A stretch of DNA of 64,000 nucleotides from Anaerolineae bacterium (GTDB lineage: Bacteria > Chloroflexota > Anaerolineae > DUEN01), in the NCBI GenBank assembly GCA_025060615.1, contig JANXBS010000004.1:5400-69399 (forward strand), written 5' to 3'. The notes under the pieces are model-generated. The model saw only the letters and a program-made list of their open reading frames with translations, ran no database searches and was not told where the DNA came from. Of this stretch, positions 45,484 to 55,501 are shown piece by piece; the stretch's first letter is position 1, and each line of letters begins with the position of its first letter. The position numbers were made by a program, and so were the translations under genes.

Positions 45484-47532
45484 CTATGGCTGCAGCGCTG
45501 CCGGCAGCGAGAGGGTCACGGCTGGCGGATTGCTCATGGGCGGATCGGCGTCGCGCACGGTGAGCCGCAAGCCGCTAGCGTCACTCGCCACATCGAACAC
45601 GATCACACCGATGGCCGTTTCCCAGGGCGCCAGTTTATGCAGCGCCAACGAGAGCAACCCATGTTGCTCTGCGTAGCGGTTGGTAGCTGCGATGTTCACC
45701 TCATACCGACGGCCTCGGCTGTCCCGCACTCCTTCGCCGAAAGTCAAACTAGCAGCGATCTGTTGATAACCACCGCTTCGGTTCACGATTCGCAATGGCA
45801 CGACTAGAAAGCGACCCTGCTCCGGCCGAAGTGTAGGCGCGCCCTCCAGCAGGTTTACGAGCGTCGGCGTGCTGACGGCGATTTCGAGATCACCGACTAC
45901 CTGAACCGGGCCGAAAGCAAGCTGAGGCGGTGTAGGCGTGGGCGTCGCTAAACGCACTTCTCCGGGCGGGTGCATAGCAATGGCCGAATCAGCGGCGACC
46001 TGTAATTGCGTGATAGACAGCCGCAATGCGCCTAGCTCGCGCGGGAGCTCGCCGGCGGTCAACCATGGCGGCGTATCCACCTGGATGGATCGCTGGCGGT
46101 CGCCTCGACGCGCGGTCAGCCGATAGGTCAGGCATGTGGGACAAGACTTGCCGAATCTATCTTGGGAGAGGTCAAAGAGGCCCTGTCGCTCTAGCTGCCC
46201 CAGCAGCGCCGCCACATCCTCGGGCCGGCCATGCACCACCCATTGCTGGGCGCGACGGCGATCTTCGATGACCACCCTTCCGTCCTGGAAGTAGCTCACC
46301 TGGCGATCCACCTGGAGGCTCTGGCTCTCGTAGGAGAAGACGACGACAGCCTCCACGGGTGATCCGGGTGTTACGATGGGAGTGCTCGTCGGGATGTGAG
46401 ATGTCGCCGTGTGGGTAGCCGTGGGCGGCTTTGCCATCGCAGTGAAGGTAGCGGTCGGCGGCACTAGTGTAAGCATGGGCGTGGGCGGTTTCGGGGTCGC
46501 CGTCGGGGAGACTGTAGGCGTGTGAGTAGGCAGTCGTGTCGCCGTAGGACTGGCTGTTGCAGTGGCTGAGGGTGTTACGGTGGGCGCGACGGTAGCCGTC
46601 AGAGTGGGGGTTGACGTTGCCGTTGGACTGGGAGTCCATGTCTCGGTAACCGACGGGGTAGGGGTGGCCGAAGGAGTCGCCGTGAGCGTTGCGGTCGGTG
46701 CCCCGGTGGGCGTCGCCGTCGGAGAGGGAGAAGGCGTTTTTGTCCCAGTGGGCGAGGGTGTAAGCGTTGGAACGGGCTTCTCCGTCTCAGTAGGGGAGGG
46801 CGTAGCCGTTGGGACAGGTGTCTCTGTCTCAGTGGGCGAGGGAGTCGCTGTAGACGTTGCGGTTGGCGTCTCCGTCTCGGTAGGCGTCGCCGTCGGAGAG
46901 GGAGGGAGTGCCTCGGTCTCGGTGGGCGACGGAGTAGCTGTCGGGACAGGCGTGAGCGTCCCGGTGGCTGAGGAGGTCGCTGTAGGCATTGCGGCTGGCG
47001 TGAATTCCTCAATCGCACTTGCTGCAGCTTCCAGCGTCATCACCGGCGCGGAGAAAGGCGAGACAGTTGCGGTGGGTGTGGCCGTCTGAGGTATCGAGGC
47101 GACCTCACCGAGCCTGATAGGAGGTATTGGTCTCATGGTAGGGGAGGGTAGGAGCGGAGTCGGCGTTGAACTGGGCTCGAAGGTAGCGGTAGGGCTCGCC
47201 GTAGCGGTTGGGCTGGGCTCAAAGGCTGCGGTGGGGCCCTCCGTAGCGCTCGGGGTTGCTGTTGGCTCAACGGTGGCTGCAGCGCTTTCCGTAACGGTAG
47301 GAGACGCCATCGCTACAGGCTGCGCCGTTGGAGATGACGGGGGGGGCGGCGTATCAGGAGGCAGGGTCAGCGTGCTCGTAGGAAGAGGCGGCGTACTTGT
47401 GAAAGTGAGCATGGGAGGCGGAGGAGTCAAACCAACTTGAGAAGCACCTCTCCCCCTGGCGATCAGCCATGCTGCCCCGATGATGAGCACAGAGAGGACA
47501 ATACCGATGATCAGCAAACGTGAGGAACTCAT
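45484..47532 (-). CDS. Membrane-anchored surface protein with very long Pro/Thr/Ser stalk and C-terminal DUF4352-like domain
   Basis: N-terminal TM helix, about 350 aa of PTATP repeats, a CPTC domain, and GRFLVV.LRIVN...GVIVFDV. Start reset to MSSSR. Confidence 0.8.
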   Translation of the reverse strand: MSSSRLLIIGIVLSVLIIGAAWLIARGRGASQVGLTPPPPMLTFTSTPPLPTSTLTLPPDTPPPPSSPTAQPVAMASPTVTESAAATVEPTATPSATEGPTAAFEPSPTATASPTATFEPSSTPTPLLPSPTMRPIPPIRLGEVASIPQTATPTATVSPFSAPVMTLEAAASAIEEFTPAAMPTATSSATGTLTPVPTATPSPTETEALPPSPTATPTETETPTATSTATPSPTETETPVPTATPSPTETEKPVPTLTPSPTGTKTPSPSPTATPTGAPTATLTATPSATPTPSVTETWTPSPTATSTPTLTATVAPTVTPSATATASPTATRLPTHTPTVSPTATPKPPTPMLTLVPPTATFTAMAKPPTATHTATSHIPTSTPIVTPGSPVEAVVVFSYESQSLQVDRQVSYFQDGRVVIEDRRRAQQWVVHGRPEDVAALLGQLERQGLFDLSQDRFGKSCPTCLTYRLTARRGDRQRSIQVDTPPWLTAGELPRELGALRLSITQLQVAADSAIAMHPPGEVRLATPTPTPPQLAFGPVQVVGDLEIAVSTPTLVNLLEGAPTLRPEQGRFLVVPLRIVNRSGGYQQIAASLTFGEGVRDSRGRRYEVNIAATNRYAEQHGLLSLALHKLAPWETAIGVIVFDVASDASGLRLTVRDADPPMSNPPAVTLSLPAALQP
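46700..46960 (-). repeat. Intragenic degenerate tandem repeats (PVPTATPSPTETE, about 14 aa)
   Basis: Repeated peptide units; ggcgtcgccgtcggagagggag occurs twice (about 46709 and 46884). Confidence 0.7.
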
Positions 47533-47735
47533 AAATAGACCTCCGAGCCGAGGCCATCTGAAAAGCGGCGCAAGCAGCTGAACGCATTCTACTCCAGGCG
47601 TGAGGAAAAGCAAGCTAGCTAGGTGGAAGAAGAGACCCCCCTCCGCCACCTCAAAGGCCGGGGGTCAGGGGTACGCGCTCATCTGATTTCTGTCCCGCTC
47701 GCATTGTCTTCAAGGCATTTCCAAAGGGGTTCAGC

Positions 47736-49505
47736 CTAGCGAGTGCTGGCCGCTACCAGCCTTTCCACTTCTTGCTCGATCACAGACTCTTCCAGCTTGC
47801 GGAAGAGGGGCTGTGGCTCGCGCAGCGGCTGTCCGGGCGGAAGGCGCTCAGGCCTCCAGGCTGCCGACAGCCCCGAGACATCGTAGCGCAGCGCCAGATG
47901 AGAGCGCTCTGTTTCATGATAGGTTTCCACATACTGCCGACCAAAGAGGGTGCCCTTATGCCCTAGATACTCATGCAGCTTTTGCGAAGAGAAGGGCAGG
48001 AATGGGCTGAAGATTACCCGTAGCCAATCCACCGCTTGCAGGCAGACGTAAATGCTAGTGGCGGCAGCGGTCGGATCGGTCTTGATTTGCTGCCAGGGCT
48101 CCTTCGCATTCAAATAGCGATTGGCTTCTTGGGCTAGGCTCATGGCTTCGGCGAGGGCGGCCTTGAAGTGACACCCCTCGATCTGCCGGCCGACAGACTC
48201 GAAGCCGGCCTCGATGCGGGCCAGCAGGGCGCGGTCGGCCTCATCCAGCTCCCCTGGCTCGGGCACGCGGCCGTCAAAGCGACGGTAGGCGAAGCTGAGC
48301 ACCCGATTCGCCAGGTTGCCCCATGTCGCCACCAACTCGGTGTTGTTGCGACGGACGAATTCCTCCCAAGTGAAGTTGACATCTGCCGTCTCCGGCGCGT
48401 TGATGGTCAGGATATAACGCCATGGGTCGGGGTCGTACCGTTGCAGGACATCCAGCACCTCGATCACCCAACGGCGTGATTTAGAGAGCTTCGCTCCCTC
48501 AACGTTCAGGTACTCGTTGGCCGGCACGTCGTAAGGCAGGTTCAACCCGCCGTACGCGTAGAGCATCCCTGGCCAGATGATGGTGTGAAATGGAATGTTG
48601 TCCTTGCCAATAAAGTAGTAACTCTTTACATCGGGCGCGATAGCCGAATCCCACCACTCTCGCCACGCCTCTGGTTGACCGGTGATCTTGGCCCACTCTT
48701 TGGTGGCTGAGAGGTAGCCAATCACCGCATCGTACCAGACGTAGATGCGCTTACGCTCATAGCCGGGCAGCGGGATGGTGACACCCCATTGGATGTCACG
48801 GGTAATGGGCCGGCCGCGTAGTTCGCCTGACTCCAGTTGTGCCCGCGTGAAATTGAGGACGTTGGGGCGCCAGTGTTCCTTGTCTTGGCGGATCCACTCT
48901 AGGAGGGGAGGATTCAGTTTCCCCAAATCCAGGAAGAAGTGCTCCGTCTCTCGGATGACGATCTCAGCGCTTCCACACACCTTACAGCGCGGGGTGATCA
49001 GCTCAATGGCATCCAATGTGCGACCGCAATTGTCACACTGATCGCCGCGGGCGCTGGTGGAACCACAATACGGGCACGTCCCCTCGACGTAGCGATCGGC
49101 GAGGAACCCCTGATGGCGGTTGCAGTAGGGGGCTTGTTGGATGTCCTTGTAGATATAGCCACGCTCCAGGTGGCGCAGAAACATGTCCTGGGTGACCGCC
49201 CAGTGGTTCTCCGTATCTGTCTCAGTGAACAGGTCGAAGGTGATGCCCAGCTTCTGGAACATCTCTAAGAAGCGCGGATGATAGCGATCTACCACCTCGC
49301 GCGGCGTGATGCCTTCCTCTTCAGCGCGTACGGTGATCGGGGTCCCATGCGTGTCAGAACCCGACACCATCAGCACCCGGTTCCCTTTCAGACGATGATA
49401 GCGGGCGAAGATGTCTGGTGGCAGGTAGGCGCCGGCGATGTGGCCGATATGCAAATCGCCGTTGCAGTAAGGCCAGGCGACGCAGACCAGGATTTTCTCA
49501 GGCAT
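47736..49505 (-). CDS. metG: Methionine--tRNA ligase
   Basis: [21 protein letters not shown], Zn knuckles, [20 protein letters not shown]. Confidence 0.97.
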   Translation of the reverse strand: MPEKILVCVAWPYCNGDLHIGHIAGAYLPPDIFARYHRLKGNRVLMVSGSDTHGTPITVRAEEEGITPREVVDRYHPRFLEMFQKLGITFDLFTETDTENHWAVTQDMFLRHLERGYIYKDIQQAPYCNRHQGFLADRYVEGTCPYCGSTSARGDQCDNCGRTLDAIELITPRCKVCGSAEIVIRETEHFFLDLGKLNPPLLEWIRQDKEHWRPNVLNFTRAQLESGELRGRPITRDIQWGVTIPLPGYERKRIYVWYDAVIGYLSATKEWAKITGQPEAWREWWDSAIAPDVKSYYFIGKDNIPFHTIIWPGMLYAYGGLNLPYDVPANEYLNVEGAKLSKSRRWVIEVLDVLQRYDPDPWRYILTINAPETADVNFTWEEFVRRNNTELVATWGNLANRVLSFAYRRFDGRVPEPGELDEADRALLARIEAGFESVGRQIEGCHFKAALAEAMSLAQEANRYLNAKEPWQQIKTDPTAAATSIYVCLQAVDWLRVIFSPFLPFSSQKLHEYLGHKGTLFGRQYVETYHETERSHLALRYDVSGLSAAWRPERLPPGQPLREPQPLFRKLEESVIEQEVERLVAASTR

Positions 49506-49844
49506 AGCTCCACACTCCTATGAGACTAGCGGTCAGATCCAAACGAACAGCTAACCCTGTCTTAGCGAGTCATATAAACTCGGAGGATAGTCACAGATTA
49601 ACACAAAACGAGCAAAACGTGAACTTCCGCTCATGCAGCACTACTGCACTTCAGCGTGGTTGAAGAAGCGGAGAGTTCCGGACAGACTCATCCCCTCTCA
49701 CGAGGGCTTTTAACCAATTCTTTACTCACCCCCTCTAGGCCATGGGAGAGGCCAACTGAGTCAGAAAAAGGCAGGTGAAAGTTAAGAGAAGGTTTATTAA
49801 GTGCAAAGCGAACGTGATTGGCCTTGACAGGCTACCAGCCTTGT

Positions 49845-49889
49845 TGACATGTCGCTTCGCCTCATATAAGATGTTAGCAACATTTGCTA
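49845..49889 (+). promoter_or_regulatory. Sigma70 promoter plus palindromic operator-like site
   Basis: TTGACA-17 bp-TAAGAT, followed by tagcaa-cat-ttgcta over the predicted +1. Confidence 0.55.
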
Positions 49890-49900
49890 GAGGGCTGCTC

Positions 49901-50593
49901 TTGCGCACGAGTATACTGCGACGACTGGAACGCCTGACTTTGCTGATCTTCCTGCTGGCGCTTGGAGGTAGCGCGCTACTAACCGAAGAGCTGCGTAGCT
50001 GGGGGGAACAGGCTCGCCAGTTGGTCCAGTTCTTGCCCATTCCCGGCCTCATCAGCCCACTGGAGGGACGACGTGTGGGCTTAGTCGCTGGACACAGTGG
50101 CAACGACTCCGGCGCCGTCTGCCCGGATGGCTTGCGTGAGGTGGATGTTAATCGGGCGGTCGTGTTACGGACGGCGGAGCGGTTGCGTCGAGCCAGGGCT
50201 GAGGTAGATGTGCTGGATGAGTTCGACGAGAGACTTGTCAACTACCGAGCGGATGCCCTGGTGTCCATTCATTCAGACTCGTGCATCGACGCCACCGGGT
50301 TTAAAGTCGCCCGCGCGATCACCAGCGCGATTCCAGAGATCGAGGATCGGTTGGTCGCCTGTCTTTATCAGGCCTATGGCCAGGTGACCGGGCTTCCCCG
50401 CCACGACGGCAGCATCACAGTGAACATGACCCGATATCATGCGTTTCGCGTGATCGCCCCAGAGACGCCTGCAGCCATCATTGAGTTAGGGTTCCTAGGA
50501 GGAGATCGCGATATCCTCACTCGTGATCAAGACCGCCTGGCGAAAGGCGTGGCCCAGGGGATCATCTGTTTCCTAACGGAATCTCAGCCCTGA
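49901..50593 (+). CDS. N-acetylmuramoyl-L-alanine amidase (Amidase_3)
   Basis: TM anchor, LVAGHSG.DSGA, EVDVN, VSIHSD, IIELGF. Start reset to TTG 49901. Confidence 0.88.
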   Translation: MRTSILRRLERLTLLIFLLALGGSALLTEELRSWGEQARQLVQFLPIPGLISPLEGRRVGLVAGHSGNDSGAVCPDGLREVDVNRAVVLRTAERLRRARAEVDVLDEFDERLVNYRADALVSIHSDSCIDATGFKVARAITSAIPEIEDRLVACLYQAYGQVTGLPRHDGSITVNMTRYHAFRVIAPETPAAIIELGFLGGDRDILTRDQDRLAKGVAQGIICFLTESQP

Positions 50594-52545
50594 TCGGCCA
50601 GTCTGGGCTTGCCGATCATGAGTTGCATCAGCCCCCATCCACCGCGATCACCGGTATAGTCATTGGCTGGCCCTGGCTCCGCGCTGAACGTCAGCGTGAC
50701 CTCACGCCCACGCCACGGTGTCAGATCCACGGTTACATCGTGCCAGCGCTGATCCTCCGGCCCGTTGCCGATATGCCTTTGGAAGGCTACCGATGGGCCC
50801 CCTCCATCATCTATTGCGAGCACAAAGGTGGCACCATCGCCGCCCCATCCCCACGTGACTGGGTCAAGCGCCAGGCTCAACCACAAAAAGGCAGGCTGAT
50901 CAGGCAAGCGTAGTCGATAGCTCACTTGCGCCGGCGGATGGGTCACCATCACCGGCCGCGTGTCCCCATTCTGCGGCATAGTGAACCGGGTGATGGCGAC
51001 GTACTGACATATCGTTGGGTCCTCGCCGGGTTCAGCCTCGCACAAAGGCTGTGGCGGATGCTGCACCTGCGCTTGCGAGAACTCAGCAATCAGATCGTGA
51101 ACACGATAGATGGCCAACAAGTCCACCTTGGCAGGGTTCAGCTCTACACGCTGGTAAGCATGATTGCTCCACACCCACGGCGTGGTGAGACACAGGGACG
51201 ATGTGAGCAGGGCAACGCCGACGCGCCGGGCAAGGGCTGGCGTCGCTTGGGCAACCATATGCGCCGTCCAGGCCGTCACCGGCACAGATGCGATAGCGAA
51301 AAGGTCCCAATCATCTGGCCGTGGCAGCTTGTTGTCAAAGGCCAACGAGTAAGCCAGCACGCCCAGGGTGGACGTACCCCAAAACGTCCCAGACCGGCCT
51401 TGTGACCTCCAGCCTATAGCTAGTAACAGAGCCGCGGCAATTACAGAGGGCGCAACCAAGTACAGGTTGTTGAAGACATCGAGCAGGTGACCTGGCGATA
51501 GCATCTCCCTCGCGGAAAGCCATAGCCGGGTGTCATCAGCGAAGCGATTCACTCCGATCTGCAATGGCGGTGCGCCGATTGCCTGCGCCAGCCCGAAGAG
51601 GATTAACAAGGGCACTGCCAGCCCGATCGCCAGCCAGAACACTTGCCTGAGTACCAGCCTAAGGGCCGGACAGGCAATCTCAAAAGGATAGCGCTGACGT
51701 GCAGTCGGAGGACCGTCGCGGCCTGGCTCTGCTGCACTTCGCAACGGGTTGCAAACAGAACCGAGCAAAACCGCCAGGGAGGGAGCCAGAAAAACTGCCT
51801 GAGGGTGAAATGCGATTGCCAGCCCCAGCGTACCTGCGGCCCAGACAGGATGTCTACGTCCATGCAGCGTCTGAAGCGCCAGCCACATGTAGCCAAGCGC
51901 GGTCGCCGTCACCAGCGTATAGTTCTCCACATGCCCAAAGAAGAGCTGCATGGCGCCAGGGGATAGCAACAGCGCAAAGGCCAGCCCACGGCGCAAGGCG
52001 TCATCCGCCATCTCCCCAGCCAGCCGCCAGGCGATCCACACATAGGCCACTCCGGCCAGACAACTGACCAAAGCGATAGCCCGCCAGGCATCCCAGCCAA
52101 CGAGGGCATGAGTGATCTGATATACGGCGACCACCAGCAGGCGATCCAGCGGCTCCTTCCAGAAGTACTCGCCGCGCCAAGTGGTGCGCCATCGCCCCTC
52201 CAGCAGCGCCAGCGTGTAGAGAGCATCCCCCCACAGCGTGCGCTCTCGCAGTAGCCAAAACAGGAGTCCACTGGCGATCAACAGCGCAGCACCCACCGCA
52301 CGCGGCGCTCGCGCCAACCAGCCGATGGCTCGCTCTAAGGCGCAGCTTACCCATTCCACCGCCGGCGGCAGCAGCGCGGCGAACGGCAGCGCGACCAGGA
52401 TTATGCGTGCTGGCCAGGGCAGGTCGGTCAGCGCGCGCATGGCCCACAATGCCTCACGGCCGGACAACAAGAGGGCTAATACCGCAAAGATAAGGGCGTT
52501 GAGCAAGAGCGCCAGCGAAGTTCGGCGTGCTATTGGGAGGGACAT
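50584..52545 (-). CDS. Multi-TM membrane protein (GT-C-like) with C-terminal jelly-roll/CBM-like domain
   Basis: LWGD, FFGHVENY, DWDLF in the TM region; GDGATF...WHDVTVDLTPWRGREVTLTF C-terminal domain. Confidence 0.7.
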   Translation of the reverse strand: MSLPIARRTSLALLLNALIFAVLALLLSGREALWAMRALTDLPWPARIILVALPFAALLPPAVEWVSCALERAIGWLARAPRAVGAALLIASGLLFWLLRERTLWGDALYTLALLEGRWRTTWRGEYFWKEPLDRLLVVAVYQITHALVGWDAWRAIALVSCLAGVAYVWIAWRLAGEMADDALRRGLAFALLLSPGAMQLFFGHVENYTLVTATALGYMWLALQTLHGRRHPVWAAGTLGLAIAFHPQAVFLAPSLAVLLGSVCNPLRSAAEPGRDGPPTARQRYPFEIACPALRLVLRQVFWLAIGLAVPLLILFGLAQAIGAPPLQIGVNRFADDTRLWLSAREMLSPGHLLDVFNNLYLVAPSVIAAALLLAIGWRSQGRSGTFWGTSTLGVLAYSLAFDNKLPRPDDWDLFAIASVPVTAWTAHMVAQATPALARRVGVALLTSSLCLTTPWVWSNHAYQRVELNPAKVDLLAIYRVHDLIAEFSQAQVQHPPQPLCEAEPGEDPTICQYVAITRFTMPQNGDTRPVMVTHPPAQVSYRLRLPDQPAFLWLSLALDPVTWGWGGDGATFVLAIDDGGGPSVAFQRHIGNGPEDQRWHDVTVDLTPWRGREVTLTFSAEPGPANDYTGDRGGWGLMQLMIGKPRLADQG

Positions 52546-52547
52546 CT

Positions 52548-54116
52548 TTACTGCTTCGCGTCTGAGCTCAGGAGATAGCGCAGGATGATCCCATGCACCA
52601 CCTGTTCGATGGGTGCTCGATCGTCGGTGAAGATCGGCGTGTCCGGCAAAGGCTTCGCGACTCGGGCCTGAGGCAGCGCCCGACGCATTACCTCAATTAT
52701 CAATGGATGGGTTAGAGCGGCCGCATTGACGTGCAGGTTCTCTAGCCGGGTTGGCTGCACCGTGCCCACCACCAGGCTATTTCCCAACCCGTAACCGAGG
52801 TCGGGCTCGTCCACGATGTAAACGGAGGGGAAAACTTGAGACAGCGTGGCGGCCAGAGCGTCTACCAGCCGATAATCGTCATGGGTCCGGCCTACGTTGA
52901 CGGCGATCACACCCTCATCAGTCAGATGGGCGCGTGCGAGCTCGAAAAATTCTACTGTGGCTAGATGAAACGGGATATATGGCGGTCGGTACGCATCAAC
53001 AGCGATCACATCATAACGGCGATCGGTCGTCTGCAAGAAAAAGCGACCATCTTGAGCCACAGCTCGTATGTTCAGCTGGGTCATGGCGAAATAGCGTTGC
53101 CCTGCTTCGATTACAGTTGGGTCTAGCTCGACGCCGTCAATGGGAATAGAGCCAAACACCTGTGTATACAGATGGGCGATCGTGCCGCCGGCCAAGCCGA
53201 TCAAACAGAGGCTATCCACCTGCTCGGTGGAATATGGTGGCGAATTGAAAAAGGGGACTATTAAAAAGTAGTCCCAAATCCCCTCGCTTAGAGCCATATC
53301 CGGAGCATAGACCGATTGCAGGCCCTGTCCCTCATTGAGCAACAGCCGCATCTCCCCATCTTGGTGTACGACCTGAACATAGTTGTATGGCGTCTCCGCC
53401 TCGAATACCAGGCCGGGAGCGGGCTTGATGGGCGCTGACCGGGCAACCCAGGCGATGAGGAGCACGATCAGCAGCATACCGGCGTAGGGGAACAGGGCGC
53501 GGGCGCGATGTGTGCACAACCAGATGCCGTAGCAGGCGATTGCTAACAGGCCGATCCCGAGCATGCTGAACGTCTGACGCGTACCGACCTGAGGGATCAG
53601 CACTAACACCGGCAGAAAAACGCCCAAAATACTGCCGACAGTGGAAAGCGCGTAGATGCGCCCAGATGCCTGGCCGGTGGAATCCACGTGAGTGACGGTT
53701 AATCGTACGGCGAAAGGCGCGATGCACCCCAACAGGATCACGGGGACAGCCAGAAGGGCCAAGACACCGCTAAGCGATCCCCCCAGCAAGGCCAGGTCGA
53801 AGCGCACATCGTCAAAGCCGCGCGCCGCTAGACTCAACACCGGCCGAGAGAGCAGCGGCACCCATCCGATGAGGAAGCCGGCCCATGCAGCCAGTTGGCA
53901 CAGTGTCAGCAAGTTGGGAGAGCGGTCGGCCAAACGACCGCCAAGGGTATAGCCTACCGAAAGATATAGCAAGATGAGGCCGATCAGGCTAGCCCAAACG
54001 AGTATGGAACTGCCAAACCAAGGTTCTAACAAGCGGGACGCCGCCAGCTCAACCCCCAGCGTGGTCATGCCGGCAACGAAGACCAGCACATTCAGATAGC
54101 GTGTTTGTGCCTGCAC
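52548..54116 (-). CDS. Fused MFS-like/spermidine synthase-like protein
   Basis: About 7 TM helices (ELAASRLLEPWFGSS) plus a SAM-fold domain (IGLAGG, VELDP, DGRFFL, DVIAVDAY, FTDDRAP). Confidence 0.88.
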   Translation of the reverse strand: MQAQTRYLNVLVFVAGMTTLGVELAASRLLEPWFGSSILVWASLIGLILLYLSVGYTLGGRLADRSPNLLTLCQLAAWAGFLIGWVPLLSRPVLSLAARGFDDVRFDLALLGGSLSGVLALLAVPVILLGCIAPFAVRLTVTHVDSTGQASGRIYALSTVGSILGVFLPVLVLIPQVGTRQTFSMLGIGLLAIACYGIWLCTHRARALFPYAGMLLIVLLIAWVARSAPIKPAPGLVFEAETPYNYVQVVHQDGEMRLLLNEGQGLQSVYAPDMALSEGIWDYFLIVPFFNSPPYSTEQVDSLCLIGLAGGTIAHLYTQVFGSIPIDGVELDPTVIEAGQRYFAMTQLNIRAVAQDGRFFLQTTDRRYDVIAVDAYRPPYIPFHLATVEFFELARAHLTDEGVIAVNVGRTHDDYRLVDALAATLSQVFPSVYIVDEPDLGYGLGNSLVVGTVQPTRLENLHVNAAALTHPLIIEVMRRALPQARVAKPLPDTPIFTDDRAPIEQVVHGIILRYLLSSDAKQ

Positions 54117-54378
54117 GAGATCCTGCCCTCTACGGGAGGATTATAGTCTCAAGGCAGTGGGACGGCAAAACCACTCAGCTTATATTCAAAGCAGGTGCGG
54201 CCTGCCCGCTGCCCACAATCAATGGCTATGCCAGAGGCCGGCGACCCAATAGCGATGAGACACGCCCAATTCCTCCTGGCATTCCCGCCGGCGAGGGAAG
54301 CGGAGATCATCCCACCCTGAGTCACTCCCCTGAACGCCCGGCGGAAGAGAGGGACTAGTACGCTAGCACGCTTCGAAC

Positions 54379-54407
54379 TTGCCAACGCGATGTATCCGTG
54401 GTAAAAT
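54379..54407 (+). promoter_or_regulatory. tRNA promoter
   Basis: TTGCCA-17 bp-TAAAAT with a TG extended -10. Confidence 0.75.
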
Positions 54408-54420
54408 GTAAATGCATAAT

Positions 54421-54492
54421 TGGGGAGTCGTCTAATGGGCAGGACAGCAGACTCTGGATCTGCACGTCGGGGTTCGAGTCCCTGCTCCCCAG
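54421..54492 (+). tRNA. tRNA-Gln(CTG)
   Basis: Acceptor stem tggggag/ctcccca, anticodon arm gcaga-ctCTGga-tctgc, T-loop GTTCGAG; CCA not encoded. Confidence 0.96.
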
Positions 54493-54498
54493 CCTGGG

Positions 54499-54527
54499 AG
54501 GCTAAAGTTTACGCTTTAGCCTTTTTT
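54499..54527 (+). terminator. Intrinsic terminator after tRNA
   Basis: aggctaaag-tttacg-ctttagcct followed by ttttt. Confidence 0.85.
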
Positions 54528-54528
54528 A

Positions 54529-55311
54529 CTATCGCAACATCGCGACGCGCGCCACTTCACGTCCCTTCTCCGTCAATCTCAGCCGCTTGCCACCATCTAC
54601 CCGCTGCGCCAGTCCATGGCGCACCACATAGTCCGCTACCTGCTCAGCAAACGCTGGCGACCAACGTAGATGTCGCTCTAGGTGATCTAAAGCCGTCTCC
54701 TCAGCCTCGTCTGCTGCGCCCTCGTGCTGCGAGAGGTGCACCAGCAACATCTCCCCGGCGAACTGCCAACGCTGATGACGCAACCTAGCCCAGCGCGCCA
54801 CCAGCCCACGCTCCGGCGCCAGGAGCAGCGCTGCCAGGAAAAACAGCCCTGCCATGGTTGCCATGCTTCCCGCAATGGAGGCATCAAGCTGCCGCGCTAG
54901 GAGATAGCCTGAAACCGCCGAGGCCACGCCGATACCCACGCTCATCCCCAGCATCGTTGACAGCCGCTCGGTCAGCAGATAAGCCGCTGCAGGCGGCGCG
55001 ATCATCAAGGCCACCACCAAAACCGACCCCACCGCCTCAAATGAGCCTACCGCGGTCACGGAGACCAAGGTCATGAGCGCGTAGTGGATCAACGCGGGCG
55101 AGAACCCCAGCGCCGCCGCCAGGCCGACATCAAACGTCGCCAGCTTCAACTCCTTGTAGAACACTAGGATGAAGGCCAAGTCCACCAGCCCAATCGCCCC
55201 GGTCAGCCACAATGCCCTCGGCCCCAGGTCCAGACCCGCCACGATAAACCGGTCAAACGGCGCGAAAGCCAGCTCACCCAAAAGCACAGCGTCCACGTCC
55301 ATCTGGACGTG
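54529..55311 (-). pseudogene. 5'-truncated Mn/Zn ABC transporter permease (TroD/MntD-like) with C-terminal DtxR-like HTH
   Basis: Begins at the internal HVQMDVDAVLLGE motif and includes YKELKLATFD and FEAVGSVLVVALMI. An in-frame stop at 55384-55386 leaves no room for the N-terminal TM helices. Confidence 0.75.
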
Positions 55312-55501
55312 GCTAGCTCCCAGCTGAAAAATGGCTAGATATGGTCCATGGACCGGCCAAAGGCGGTTGACTTGACCCAGTATCTAGGCTATCATCAGAG
55401 TTGTATAGGGAGGTCCGGAGCAAACAGGCCCTTTGAAGAGAGCGATATAGCGTCACCTCCCTCTCCCAATCTCTATCCGAGCGGAAGCTGAAAGAGGAGG
55501 A

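Noticed and set aside
46562..47440. Plus-strand VGVAV-rich ORFs (also 34759-34974 and 18293-18490)
   Set aside because: They are antisense shadows of Pro/Thr repeat coding sequence.
54150..54200. c-di-GMP-I riboswitch-like gtgggacggcaaa
   Set aside because: The 5' GGCAAA/GNRA part and the P2 stem are missing, and the downstream gene is a tRNA with its own promoter.
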